Origin: a virus
Strand: one strand, 5' to 3'
Virus record (IMG/VR): IMGVR_UViG_3300045988_132810
Coordinates: 32,001-96,000 of that record
DNA length: 64,000 bases
In this document: positions 1 through 8,017 of the stretch, one piece after another
Position numbering within the stretch: the first letter of the stretch is position 1
How the letters are laid out: every line of letters begins with the position of its first letter
Position numbers and translations under genes: made by a program
The notes under the pieces: model-generated
The model's database searches: none
What the model saw: only the letters and a program-made list of their open reading frames with translations
Told to the model about the DNA's origin: nothing

Positions 1-161
1 GTTATAAGCAACCAATTGTACCAAAGCATGAAAATATGTTAATTTTCCCTCATACTATAGGTAATATTACATATTACAACAAAGAAGAATTGATTAAATG
101 GGTTGAAGACCAGCAGAAATTTAATAAAGATACCACTTATGGAGTAGGAAATTGGTGTTAA
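1..161 (+). CDS. hypothetical protein, 3' end (truncated by window edge)
   Basis: Frame 3 is open from the window edge to TAA at 159-161 (...TTYGVGNWC*). Same strand as the downstream early genes. No motif recognised. Confidence 0.3.
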   Translation, partial: YKQPIVPKHENMLIFPHTIGNITYYNKEELIKWVEDQQKFNKDTTYGVGNWC

Positions 162-195
162 ATAACAAATAAAAATATATTTTTAAGGTGAATGT

Positions 196-510
196 ATGGA
201 ATTGTTTAAAAAAGCATTTAGAAAGAATATGGTGACTCTTCAAAAGTTTAAGCCTATTTTTACTACTGTAGACGGTCATAGGCATACTGGTTTTGAATAT
301 AATTATGGAATTGTAGAAAAATTGCTGTGTAGTGTTCCAGAATATATGATGATTGATATTAAAAGTGATGGTTACTTAGAAGATAATTGTGGGGTAATGT
401 ACCCGCTGGCAAATATTGTGTCGATTGATTGGCAACTGGTAGACGAAAAAAAAGTAGAGGATAAATTTGGAGAATATCAAATTTTCGTAACAACAAAAGA
501 TGTAGAATAA
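196..510 (+). CDS. hypothetical early protein
   Basis: 104-aa ORF with AAGGTG upstream of the ATG, packed tightly with its neighbours. Confidence 0.6.
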   Translation: MELFKKAFRKNMVTLQKFKPIFTTVDGHRHTGFEYNYGIVEKLLCSVPEYMMIDIKSDGYLEDNCGVMYPLANIVSIDWQLVDEKKVEDKFGEYQIFVTTKDVE

Positions 511-535
511 ATATGTTAAATATATGGGGGAGTAT

Positions 536-757
536 ATGAAAAATATAACTTTCGAAGAAATGTTAAATATGGAAGTGCAAGACTTGTTACATGGTTATCC
601 GTCAGGCGGTTATACATATTATTATAAAGATGGTGATGGCGGGTATCATGAAATTGTTGAATTGGATCTGTTGCGTGGTAGATTTGTGACGGATGACGGT
701 GACTTCTCAGAGTTTGAATGGGAGCTTAAAGAGAGTCATATTTACATAGATGAATGA
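536..757 (+). CDS. hypothetical early protein
   Basis: ORF 524-757. The internal ATG at 536 is preceded by GGGGGAG, so I prefer it as the start. Confidence 0.55.
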   Translation: MKNITFEEMLNMEVQDLLHGYPSGGYTYYYKDGDGGYHEIVELDLLRGRFVTDDGDFSEFEWELKESHIYIDE

Positions 758-792
758 TAAAAATTACATTTTAATATAAGGAGTTAAGGTAT

Positions 793-936
793 ATGAATAA
801 GAGTGCATGGTGGGCATGGGCAATCAGAAATAGCGTATGTGTAATTTGCTGGACTACTCTTGCGATTGTTTTAACAAGTGGTGGATATGTCTTTTCTCCA
901 TGCTATTTCTTTGTTCTCTCCAGACTAACACTGTAA
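793..936 (+). CDS. small hydrophobic protein (47 aa)
   Basis: AAGGAG lies 8 nt upstream of ATG 793. Product MNKSAWWAWAIRNSVCVICWTTLAIVLTSGGYVF... has one predicted TM-like stretch. Below the ORF-track size cutoff. Confidence 0.4.
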   Translation: MNKSAWWAWAIRNSVCVICWTTLAIVLTSGGYVFSPCYFFVLSRLTL

Positions 937-1094
937 AGGAATATTGTAGAATTTGCGACAAATGCGGCAAGCATAGTGAATATGCAGATAGCTACGATGC
1001 AGCATTAGACAAGGCGAAGAAAGCAGGATGGATTCATTATGCAGATGGCAATAAAGATTATTGCCCAGAATGTAAGGACAAATTAGACGAATAA
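900..1094 (+). CDS. small zinc-ribbon-like protein
   Basis: The C-terminal part of ORF 837-1094 has CRICDKCG...CPEC (two CxxC pairs). The start is uncertain (ATG 837 or 900) and it overlaps 793-936 in another frame. Confidence 0.4.
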   Translation: MLFLCSLQTNTVKEYCRICDKCGKHSEYADSYDAALDKAKKAGWIHYADGNKDYCPECKDKLDE

Positions 1095-1104
1095 GGAGTA
1101 ACTC

Positions 1105-1293
1105 ATGGATCTTGAAAATTATTTTGTGAAAGCGGTTGAAGAGTGTAATATGACCAAGCCTTTAGAAATTCTTAATTGGTATCGTAATCTTTATTATAAA
1201 GAAGAAGTACATACCGAGCACAGAATCATGGCAGAGGCCATCAATAATTTGTTTATGGAATATAAGGACGTATTTTGCGACGATGAGGAGTAA
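1105..1293 (+). CDS. hypothetical early protein
   Basis: 62-aa ORF with AAGGAG upstream. Confidence 0.55.
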   Translation: MDLENYFVKAVEECNMTKPLEILNWYRNLYYKEEVHTEHRIMAEAINNLFMEYKDVFCDDEE

Positions 1294-1297
1294 AGTT

Positions 1298-1465
1298 ATG
1301 ACAGACAATAAAGAATTTGCAACATGTAGCTGTTGTGGAAAAACTGTTCAACAAGGTGATATGTATTTCGAGGCAGGGTTTTTTGACAGATATGAAATTG
1401 TAGATGGCGAATATGTATATAAAGGATACGCGGTTTGTGAAGATTGCCATAATAACGGCAAGTAA
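1298..1465 (+). CDS. hypothetical Cys-rich small protein
   Basis: ORF 1283-1465. ATG 1298 follows GAGGAG. Contains CSCCG...CEDC. Confidence 0.5.
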   Translation: MTDNKEFATCSCCGKTVQQGDMYFEAGFFDRYEIVDGEYVYKGYAVCEDCHNNGK

Positions 1466-1493
1466 AAAATAGAATTTATGGAGAAAAAATTGT

Positions 1494-1838
1494 ATGGATT
1501 ATGAATTTCATGTAGGAGATTATGTTGAAACAAAGGATGGCACCATTGGTTATATCAGCTCTGTACGTGCCACTGGTGATGTATTGTGGATGTGTACTAG
1601 CGATGGCCATGGTTATCATGCAGGTCAAGAATATGGGATTATGCATAATGTTGATTTTCCTTATTTCTATAACCGTATTGGCCAGTACACTTTTACATAC
1701 CAAGACAAAAAGCTTAAAAAGTTGACAAGTTATGGTTGGAATATGGGCGTATCTGGCGATGATCTTATTTTAAAAATCAACGAACTTATAGATGCTGTAA
1801 ATGAATTGAGGGATAAAAATGACAGGCAAGCAAAATAA
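1494..1838 (+). CDS. hypothetical early protein
   Basis: 114-aa ORF, the longest in its region, on the same strand as its neighbours. Confidence 0.6.
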   Translation: MDYEFHVGDYVETKDGTIGYISSVRATGDVLWMCTSDGHGYHAGQEYGIMHNVDFPYFYNRIGQYTFTYQDKKLKKLTSYGWNMGVSGDDLILKINELIDAVNELRDKNDRQAK

Positions 1839-1849
1839 GTTTAATAGAT

Positions 1850-2041
1850 ATGCACTTATATACTGTCGAATACGCGCCAAGCATCCAAATTGGAGCCATG
1901 GACAGATTAAATATTGTACTATATATGCTTGGAGAAGGACACAACATGACAAGAAGTGAATATGATCAGCTTCATAAACTGTTGCACACATTGCAGACAG
2001 AGGCTCCTTGTCATAATAGATCTTGTAAATGCTGTAAATAA
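1850..2041 (+). CDS. hypothetical protein
   Basis: 63-aa ORF that fills a gap. No clear ribosome-binding site. Confidence 0.35.
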   Translation: MHLYTVEYAPSIQIGAMDRLNIVLYMLGEGHNMTRSEYDQLHKLLHTLQTEAPCHNRSCKCCK

Positions 2042-2056
2042 ATGGAGGAATAAATA

Positions 2057-2248
2057 ATGGGTATTTATTATTTTGCAAGACCTAATCAGATGGTTGGGCA
2101 TAAGTTTACTGATGATGTTGCAGTTGTATATGCAATGAGCAAGGGATCTGCAATTAAGAAGTTCTCTGTATTATATAAAGATGTGCAGGATAATGAAGTC
2201 AAGAAGATTAGTTTCTGGAATAGAGCCATAGTCTTAACAGACTACTAA
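2057..2248 (+). CDS. hypothetical protein
   Basis: 63-aa ORF with GGAGG upstream. Confidence 0.5.
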   Translation: MGIYYFARPNQMVGHKFTDDVAVVYAMSKGSAIKKFSVLYKDVQDNEVKKISFWNRAIVLTDY

Positions 2249-2280
2249 AATAAACAAAAAAATAAGCTAGGAGATAAAAT

Positions 2281-2517
2281 ATGGAATCAGTATGCAGAAA
2301 TTGTGATTTAGGATTAAAGCGTTCAGAATGTACTGACAAAGAACATACTGAATGTGAATGTCGTAAATGGATAATTAAAGAAATTAATCAAACTACTTTA
2401 TTAGGTTTGATGCATCTTTTAGATGAAGTTCTTGAAACAGTTTCTGAGAACAAAAATGATTTACGAAACAATAAAGCTAGAATGATCGAATTTCTGAGTA
2501 GAGGGATGATTGAGTGA
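2281..2517 (+). CDS. hypothetical Cys-rich protein
   Basis: 78-aa ORF with AGGAG upstream. Its stop overlaps the ligase start. Confidence 0.5.
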   Translation: MESVCRNCDLGLKRSECTDKEHTECECRKWIIKEINQTTLLGLMHLLDEVLETVSENKNDLRNNKARMIEFLSRGMIE

Positions 2518-4451
2518 ATAAAATTGAAACTATTAAAAATCTGACAGCCAAACTGCTGCAGTATTGCGATGAATATTATAATTTAGACCGTCCGACTATC
2601 TCTGACGCAGAATATGATAAGAAGTTTGACGAACTTAAATCACTTGAGGATGAAACAGGATTTTGGCTTGCCAATTCTCCTACTCGTAAGGTACAGGGGC
2701 AAGCGCTTGATTGTTTTACGAAAGTTAAGCATAGTAAACCAATGCTTTCTGCAGCAAAGACTAAAGATGCGAATGAAATTAAAAAATTTATTGGCAATCA
2801 GCCATTTTATTGTAGCTACAAGTTAGATGGGCTTACACTCGTGGTTCGCTACGAAAATGGAGAATTTATTCAGGCTGTAACTCGTGGCAATGGTGAAATT
2901 GGTGAAGATGTGACCGCTCAAGCAAGAATGATTTCAAATCTTCCAATGCATATTGATTACAACGATAAACTTGAACTTCGCGGCGAATGTGTGATTTCTT
3001 GGAAGAATTTTCACAAGATTAATGAGTCTCTTGATGAGCCTTATAGTCATCCTCGCAACTTAGCAGCGGGGAGCCTCCGTCAGCTTGATACAAATATTAC
3101 AAAGCAGCGCAATCTTTCTTATGTGGTTTTTGAGTGTGTATCAAATCTATATGATAACAATACACTATTTGATTCTAAATTAGACGAACTTGGATATCTA
3201 GATTGCCTTGGATTTGAAACTGTTGGGCGATGTATTGGAAATGTTGATGATTGTATCGAAGGTATGCAACCAGATTGGTATCAATATCCTTGTGATGGAT
3301 TAATCTTTGAAATGTGCATGAAGTCATATTCCAAGACACTACCAGTTACCGCACATCATGAGGGATGTCGTATGGCTCTTAAGTGGGCTGATGAAATGTA
3401 TGAGACAACTCTTCGAGATGTAGAGTGGAATCCAACAAGAAGCGGATTAATCGCACCTGTCGCAATCTTTGATGAAATAGATTTAGATGGGGCATTAACT
3501 ACAAGAGCAACACTCCATAATCTTTCTATCATTGAGCAGCTTGAACTTGGGATTGGTGATACTATTACGGTATACCGCAGCAATATGGTGATTCCTAAAG
3601 TTTATGACAATCTAACTCGTAGCAATACACTAACAATTCCAACTACGTGTCCTTGTTGTGGAGAGCCTACTGAGATTAAATATACTGATAATAGTAAAGT
3701 TCTCATGTGTACTAATCCAAATTGCGCAGCAAAGAAATTGGCACAGTTTACGCATTTTGTAAGTCGTAAAGCAATGAGCATTGATGGTCTATCAGAGAAG
3801 ACACTTGAGCTGCTAATTTCCCATGGATTTTTGCATAATTATAAGGACATTTATCGTTTGAAAGAACATAAGAATGAAATTACACAACTGCCGGGGATGG
3901 GGGTAAAATCTGTAGATAAACTGCTAGATTCTATTGAAAAATCAAGGACAGTAACGCTTGATAGATTTATTACTGCGCTTGGTATTCCTAATATTGGCTC
4001 TTCTGCGGCAAAAGCTATTAGTAAGCAATTTAATGGAGACCATTATGATTTTGTACAAGCATTAGCTAATGGATATGATTTTTCGCAAATTGATGATTTC
4101 GGAGAAATTACAAATAAGTCAATTCATGATTGGTGGAATAGCAAAGATCCAATGGTTGAATTGCTTCCTGTTGAGATGAACTTTATCGTTGAGAATGATG
4201 TGGGTTCTAGTTCCAATCTTGATGGTAAAAGCTTCTGCATTACAGGAAGTTTAACTCATTACCCAAATAGGGATGCACTTGTTAAAGCCATTGAAGACAA
4301 TGGCGGCAAATATGTATCTGGAGTGAGCAAGAAGACTGACTATCTTATTAATAATGATACCACAAGCACAAGCGGCAAGAATAAGAAGGCTATTGAATTA
4401 AATATTCCAATTATTAGCGAGGAGGATTTTCTTAAAATGCTATCAGAATAA
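2514..4451 (+). CDS. ligA: NAD-dependent DNA ligase
   Basis: GTG start after GAGGGA. N-terminal Ia-type region (YYNLDRPTISDAEYDKKFDEL), adenylation motif SYKLDG, Cys4 zinc finger CPCCGEP...CTNPNC, HhH region and a C-terminal BRCT-like segment (GKSFCITGSL). Confidence 0.95.
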   Translation: MNKIETIKNLTAKLLQYCDEYYNLDRPTISDAEYDKKFDELKSLEDETGFWLANSPTRKVQGQALDCFTKVKHSKPMLSAAKTKDANEIKKFIGNQPFYCSYKLDGLTLVVRYENGEFIQAVTRGNGEIGEDVTAQARMISNLPMHIDYNDKLELRGECVISWKNFHKINESLDEPYSHPRNLAAGSLRQLDTNITKQRNLSYVVFECVSNLYDNNTLFDSKLDELGYLDCLGFETVGRCIGNVDDCIEGMQPDWYQYPCDGLIFEMCMKSYSKTLPVTAHHEGCRMALKWADEMYETTLRDVEWNPTRSGLIAPVAIFDEIDLDGALTTRATLHNLSIIEQLELGIGDTITVYRSNMVIPKVYDNLTRSNTLTIPTTCPCCGEPTEIKYTDNSKVLMCTNPNCAAKKLAQFTHFVSRKAMSIDGLSEKTLELLISHGFLHNYKDIYRLKEHKNEITQLPGMGVKSVDKLLDSIEKSRTVTLDRFITALGIPNIGSSAAKAISKQFNGDHYDFVQALANGYDFSQIDDFGEITNKSIHDWWNSKDPMVELLPVEMNFIVENDVGSSSNLDGKSFCITGSLTHYPNRDALVKAIEDNGGKYVSGVSKKTDYLINNDTTSTSGKNKKAIELNIPIISEEDFLKMLSE

Positions 4452-4457
4452 AATTTA

Positions 4458-4483
4458 GGGGAGAACTTATCTCCCCATTTTTT
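4458..4483 (+). terminator. rho-independent terminator after ligA
   Basis: 7-bp GC-rich stem GGGGAGA/TCTCCCC with a 5-nt loop, followed by ATTTTTT. Confidence 0.7.
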
Positions 4484-4497
4484 ATGCATTTAACTAC

Positions 4498-4525
4498 TTG
4501 ACAAATCAAAATTTTGTGATATTAT
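4498..4525 (+). promoter_or_regulatory. sigma-70-type promoter with extended -10
   Basis: TTGACA, a 16-nt spacer, then TGaTATTAT. The spacer holds the palindrome CAAAATTTTG. Confidence 0.65.
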
Positions 4526-4538
4526 ATGTATAGTTGAA

Positions 4539-4552
4539 CAATACAAAATTAT
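4539..4552 (+). promoter_or_regulatory. conserved intergenic 14-mer CAATACAAAATTAT (copy 1)
   Basis: Exact 14-mer lying between the promoter and the ribosome-binding site of the 4566 ORF. Confidence 0.5.
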
Positions 4553-4565
4553 AGTTAAGGAGTTG

Positions 4566-4742
4566 ATGCATGATATGATTGAATATAATAATTGCTGTGT
4601 CGCATGTGGTGAAATTATTCCTGAAGGAAGACAGGTTTGCTCACAGTGTGAGAGAAAATATGAAGCAAAAGATGATGCGACTGATAATATTCAGAAAAAA
4701 CAAAACACATTTATAAATTACATTAAAAAATATTTTATTTAA
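4566..4742 (+). CDS. small zinc-ribbon protein (58 aa)
   Basis: AAGGAG upstream. Product MHDMIEYNNCCVACGEIIPEGRQVCSQCERKYE... has two CxxC pairs. Below the ORF-track cutoff. Confidence 0.45.
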   Translation: MHDMIEYNNCCVACGEIIPEGRQVCSQCERKYEAKDDATDNIQKKQNTFINYIKKYFI

Positions 4743-4757
4743 GAAAGGATTTACATT

Positions 4758-5000
4758 ATGAAAAAGAACAACACGAACAATCAGAACGCGACGCTAATGG
4801 TTACTAGTCTAGAGGATAATGGCGACTATATTCTCTCGTATATTCCGCTGTCTATTGACATGGATCTGCTTCAGCATATTCTAGCTGAGGGCAAGAGCAC
4901 TAATAGCGAAGTCGTGCAGTACGTGCTAGATTGTGACGAAAAGACTTATTGGAAGGATATGTGGGAGAGTTTCAAGGAGGAGCCAGAGAATGACGCATAA
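4758..5000 (+). CDS. hypothetical protein
   Basis: 80-aa ORF with AAAGGA upstream. Confidence 0.55.
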   Translation: MKKNNTNNQNATLMVTSLEDNGDYILSYIPLSIDMDLLQHILAEGKSTNSEVVQYVLDCDEKTYWKDMWESFKEEPENDA

Positions 5001-5235
5001 GCTTTATTTTTATAATAGTTATCACGAGGCACGAGAGCTTGCTACATTTGAGGATGGCCTAACTGACGAAGAAGTGCGTAAGGCTGCGTATAAAGAAATT
5101 ACAAAGTTTTGCAATGAACGTTACTTCGCAATTTATTATACGAGAATGTGGAATGCCGCAGGAGATACTATTATTGACGTAGGAAGCCATACAGAATTCT
5201 TTCACATTTCTCCTGCAGTGAGTATTGCCGAGTAA
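4990..5235 (+). CDS. hypothetical protein
   Basis: ORF 4933-5235. ATG 4990 follows AAGGAGGAG and overlaps the previous stop. Confidence 0.55.
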   Translation: MTHKLYFYNSYHEARELATFEDGLTDEEVRKAAYKEITKFCNERYFAIYYTRMWNAAGDTIIDVGSHTEFFHISPAVSIAE

Positions 5236-5239
5236 TATA

Positions 5240-5253
5240 CAATACAAAATTAT
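5240..5253 (+). promoter_or_regulatory. conserved intergenic 14-mer CAATACAAAATTAT (copy 2)
   Basis: Exact 14-mer immediately upstream of the ribosome-binding site of gene 5270. Confidence 0.5.
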
Positions 5254-5269
5254 ATAGGAGGTTGGTTGA

Positions 5270-5455
5270 ATGAGTAAAAAGTGTACGTGCGCTTATTGTA
5301 AGTGCAAATTAAATAAAGAAGATGCGTTCGTAAAGCATGCAGGCAAGCATAATACCTATTATTGCTCGGAAGAGCACTATAAATATGCAGTAGATCGCAA
5401 GAAGAAAAGAGAGGAATTTAAGAAAAGACAGGCAATGAAAAGTGGTGAGGTTTAA
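5270..5455 (+). CDS. hypothetical Cys-rich basic protein
   Basis: 61-aa ORF with AGGAGG upstream. Contains CTCAYCKC...YYCSEEH. Confidence 0.5.
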   Translation: MSKKCTCAYCKCKLNKEDAFVKHAGKHNTYYCSEEHYKYAVDRKKKREEFKKRQAMKSGEV

Positions 5456-6598
5456 TTGGAGCTAACAGATGGACAGAAGAAAGGACTAGAAATTGCTTGC
5501 CAGCGGTATAAAGAGAATAAGTCATATACTGTTATTGCAGGCTTTGGCGGAACTGGTAAAAGTTTCCTAGTTTGTCATATTATCAAAGAACTAAAGTTAA
5601 AAGACAATGAAGTGGTCTTTATCGCGTTTACAGGCAAAGCCGCTCTGGTTCTTAAAGAAAAGGGCAATAAAAATACAATGACGGCGCATAAGTTGTTATA
5701 CCACTCAGAAGAGCAAGCTGATGGCACATATATTCATACTCCGAAGACCAAACTTGACCATAAATACAAGCTTATTGTCGTTGACGAGGCGAGTATGTTG
5801 CCGCAGGAAATGATTGATTTGTTGCTGTCTCATCATGTATACACCATTTTCCTTGGTGATCCAGCGCAGCTTCCACCAATCTCTGGAGAACAAACTATTT
5901 TGAACAATCCACACGTTTTTCTTGATGAAATTGTGCGACAGGCTCTTGATAATCCGATTATTAAACTTTCTATGGATGTTCGGCATGGAATGAAGCTGCA
6001 TTATACTGCAGAGGATAAACGATGCCGTGTTCTTCCTAGAAGTAAAGTGTCAGATAAAATGTTGCTTGGTGCAGATCAGATTCTTTGTGGGAAAAATAAA
6101 ACTAGGAATGAGCTTAATTACTACATGAGAAAACTAATTCTCGGAGATAACTACAGCGACGAGCCAGTAGAAGGAGATAAAGTAATTTGCCTTAAAAATA
6201 GCTGGAACAAAATTAATAACGTTGGTAACGAGCTTGTCAATGGCACTATCGGCACGTTACAGAATATCCGCATTATGGAATCAAACTTTTATGGCAAAGT
6301 GATTTATGCTACCTTTGCTTCTAATGACGGAGGAATTTATAAAGACTTGATGATTGATTATCAGTTACTTACTACTGGCAAGCCGACTGTGAATGCTGAT
6401 AATTGGAAGCAATTCGCGGGGATTGAGAAGCCACTACAGTTTGCTTTTGGGTATGTGTGCACTGTTCACAAATACCAAGGCTCAGAGGCTGACAGAGTTG
6501 TAGTTTTTGACGAAGCGTTTGGAGATGCGGACGAACAAAGAAAATGGCGATACACAGCGGTGACACGCGCCGCCAAGCAATTGGTATTAGTGGAATAA
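5456..6598 (+). CDS. SF1 RecD/Dda-like DNA helicase
   Basis: TTG start after GGTGAGG. Walker A (GFGGTGKS), Walker B (LIVVDEASM) and the C-terminal motif TVHKYQGSEADRVVVF. Confidence 0.85.
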   Translation: MELTDGQKKGLEIACQRYKENKSYTVIAGFGGTGKSFLVCHIIKELKLKDNEVVFIAFTGKAALVLKEKGNKNTMTAHKLLYHSEEQADGTYIHTPKTKLDHKYKLIVVDEASMLPQEMIDLLLSHHVYTIFLGDPAQLPPISGEQTILNNPHVFLDEIVRQALDNPIIKLSMDVRHGMKLHYTAEDKRCRVLPRSKVSDKMLLGADQILCGKNKTRNELNYYMRKLILGDNYSDEPVEGDKVICLKNSWNKINNVGNELVNGTIGTLQNIRIMESNFYGKVIYATFASNDGGIYKDLMIDYQLLTTGKPTVNADNWKQFAGIEKPLQFAFGYVCTVHKYQGSEADRVVVFDEAFGDADEQRKWRYTAVTRAAKQLVLVE

Positions 6599-6616
6599 AT
6601 AAAAAAGGAGAAAACA

Positions 6617-7003
6617 ATGAAAAAGAATAATGTAACATTTAAGTATTGCGGACTTAACAAGAAGAATAATTTTCTAGAAGCGCCAATTTGTCCATGTGGA
6701 TGTGGGAATCGTATAAGTCTCGTACTAGAGAATGATAACGATGTATTTGACTTCATGTATACTATGCTAGATGAGCATGAATGCAATCATTGCGCTATCT
6801 TTGCACTGAAGAACGATGGACATATTCTCATAGCGTTGAAGTTTTCGCCTGATGAGATTCAGTGCTATGTAGTCAGAAATAATAATGTTCGAGCAAGTAG
6901 ATGGCGCAATGTATTTGCTGGTCTTCAGAGTGAGTGCGAGTTCCATTGCTATGGACTGCTTGAGCAGGTCGATAACGAACATTATAAAATTGTAATGGAT
7001 TGA
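6617..7003 (+). CDS. hypothetical protein
   Basis: 128-aa ORF with AAGGAG upstream. Confidence 0.6.
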   Translation: MKKNNVTFKYCGLNKKNNFLEAPICPCGCGNRISLVLENDNDVFDFMYTMLDEHECNHCAIFALKNDGHILIALKFSPDEIQCYVVRNNNVRASRWRNVFAGLQSECEFHCYGLLEQVDNEHYKIVMD

Positions 7004-7009
7004 TAGTGG

Positions 7010-7023
7010 GAATACAAAATTAT
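7010..7023 (+). promoter_or_regulatory. conserved intergenic 14-mer (GAATACAAAATTAT, copy 3)
   Basis: 13 of 14 positions match the motif. It sits directly upstream of the endonuclease gene's ribosome-binding site. Confidence 0.45.
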
Positions 7024-7039
7024 TGTTGGGGGTGAGAAG

Positions 7040-8017
7040 ATGGGGAAAGTGACTTGGACTAAAGAACAGGAAGAGTATCTAGAAAAATTATATTCACAAT
7101 ACCTTCCATTAAAAGATATTGTTGAGAAAATAAATGATTTTTCTGGGATTGCCCGTACATATACGGCAGTCTCTAATAAAGCAGGAAGTATGGGGTTAAC
7201 TAAAAAATATATAAAGCAAAATAATGCTCATTTTGAAGCGATTTATCAAAATTACAATTGGTATTATGACATGTTCGTTGAAAGAGGATTGAATCATGAC
7301 GAAATGGCAAAAATCGCGAGCTGTACAAAACGAGTAATAGAGAAATGGGGACAAGAAAAGCACCATATAGACACATACACTAGGATGAAAAATAAACAAA
7401 TAAATGCACAACAGCATGATTTAATTATTGGTTCATTGCTAGGAGATGGACACATTGATAAAAGAGAAGATTTCCCATTGTTTATTGTAAGTCATGCAAA
7501 AAATCAAAAAGATTATCTGTATTATAAATATGAAATTATGAAAGATTTGTGTGAGATGACTCCAACGGAGTACAATGGGAAAAAAGAATATTCTATAATG
7601 GGCAGTGTATGTAATTGTCAAGATTTTTATAGATTCAATACTAGGACATACTATTCGTTAAAGCCGTTTCGAGATATGACAAAAATAGACTTAATTCGTT
7701 GTCTTAATGAATATTCATTCTCTATTTGGATGTTAGACGATGCGCATTGTAATATAAAAGGATATTGGGAGTTGTGCGCTCCATTGGAAACAGAGTCTGA
7801 AAGAAAAGAGCTGATATCATCCCTTCAAAACAAATTTGGCCTATCAACAGTTCAGAAAAAAGACAATAGATATTTTCGATTTCATTCAGAAGATTCTTTA
7901 AAAATTACAAAAATAATATTAAACAACATCCCCCACAATTTAGATATTGTGCAAGATAAGATATTGTCTAAAAATAAATATCGTGCATTAGGAGGTGAAA
8001 AAAATGAGTTTCGTTAA
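7040..8017 (+). CDS. free-standing double-motif LAGLIDADG homing endonuclease
   Basis: Two LAGLIDADG-type motifs (LIIGSLLGDGHI and SIWMLDDAH) follow an N-terminal HTH-like region. The 3' end overlaps the dnaE start by 14 nt. Confidence 0.8.
   Translation: MGKVTWTKEQEEYLEKLYSQYLPLKDIVEKINDFSGIARTYTAVSNKAGSMGLTKKYIKQNNAHFEAIYQNYNWYYDMFVERGLNHDEMAKIASCTKRVIEKWGQEKHHIDTYTRMKNKQINAQQHDLIIGSLLGDGHIDKREDFPLFIVSHAKNQKDYLYYKYEIMKDLCEMTPTEYNGKKEYSIMGSVCNCQDFYRFNTRTYYSLKPFRDMTKIDLIRCLNEYSFSIWMLDDAHCNIKGYWELCAPLETESERKELISSLQNKFGLSTVQKKDNRYFRFHSEDSLKITKIILNNIPHNLDIVQDKILSKNKYRALGGEKNEFR

Noticed and set aside
793-1094. A programmed -1 frameshift fusing the small TM ORF (793-936) to the zinc-ribbon ORF (837/900-1094), which overlap by about 100 nt in adjacent frames.
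   Set aside because: I found no canonical X XXY YYZ slippery heptamer or downstream structure in the overlap. Two overlapping small genes, or an assembly indel, are equally likely.
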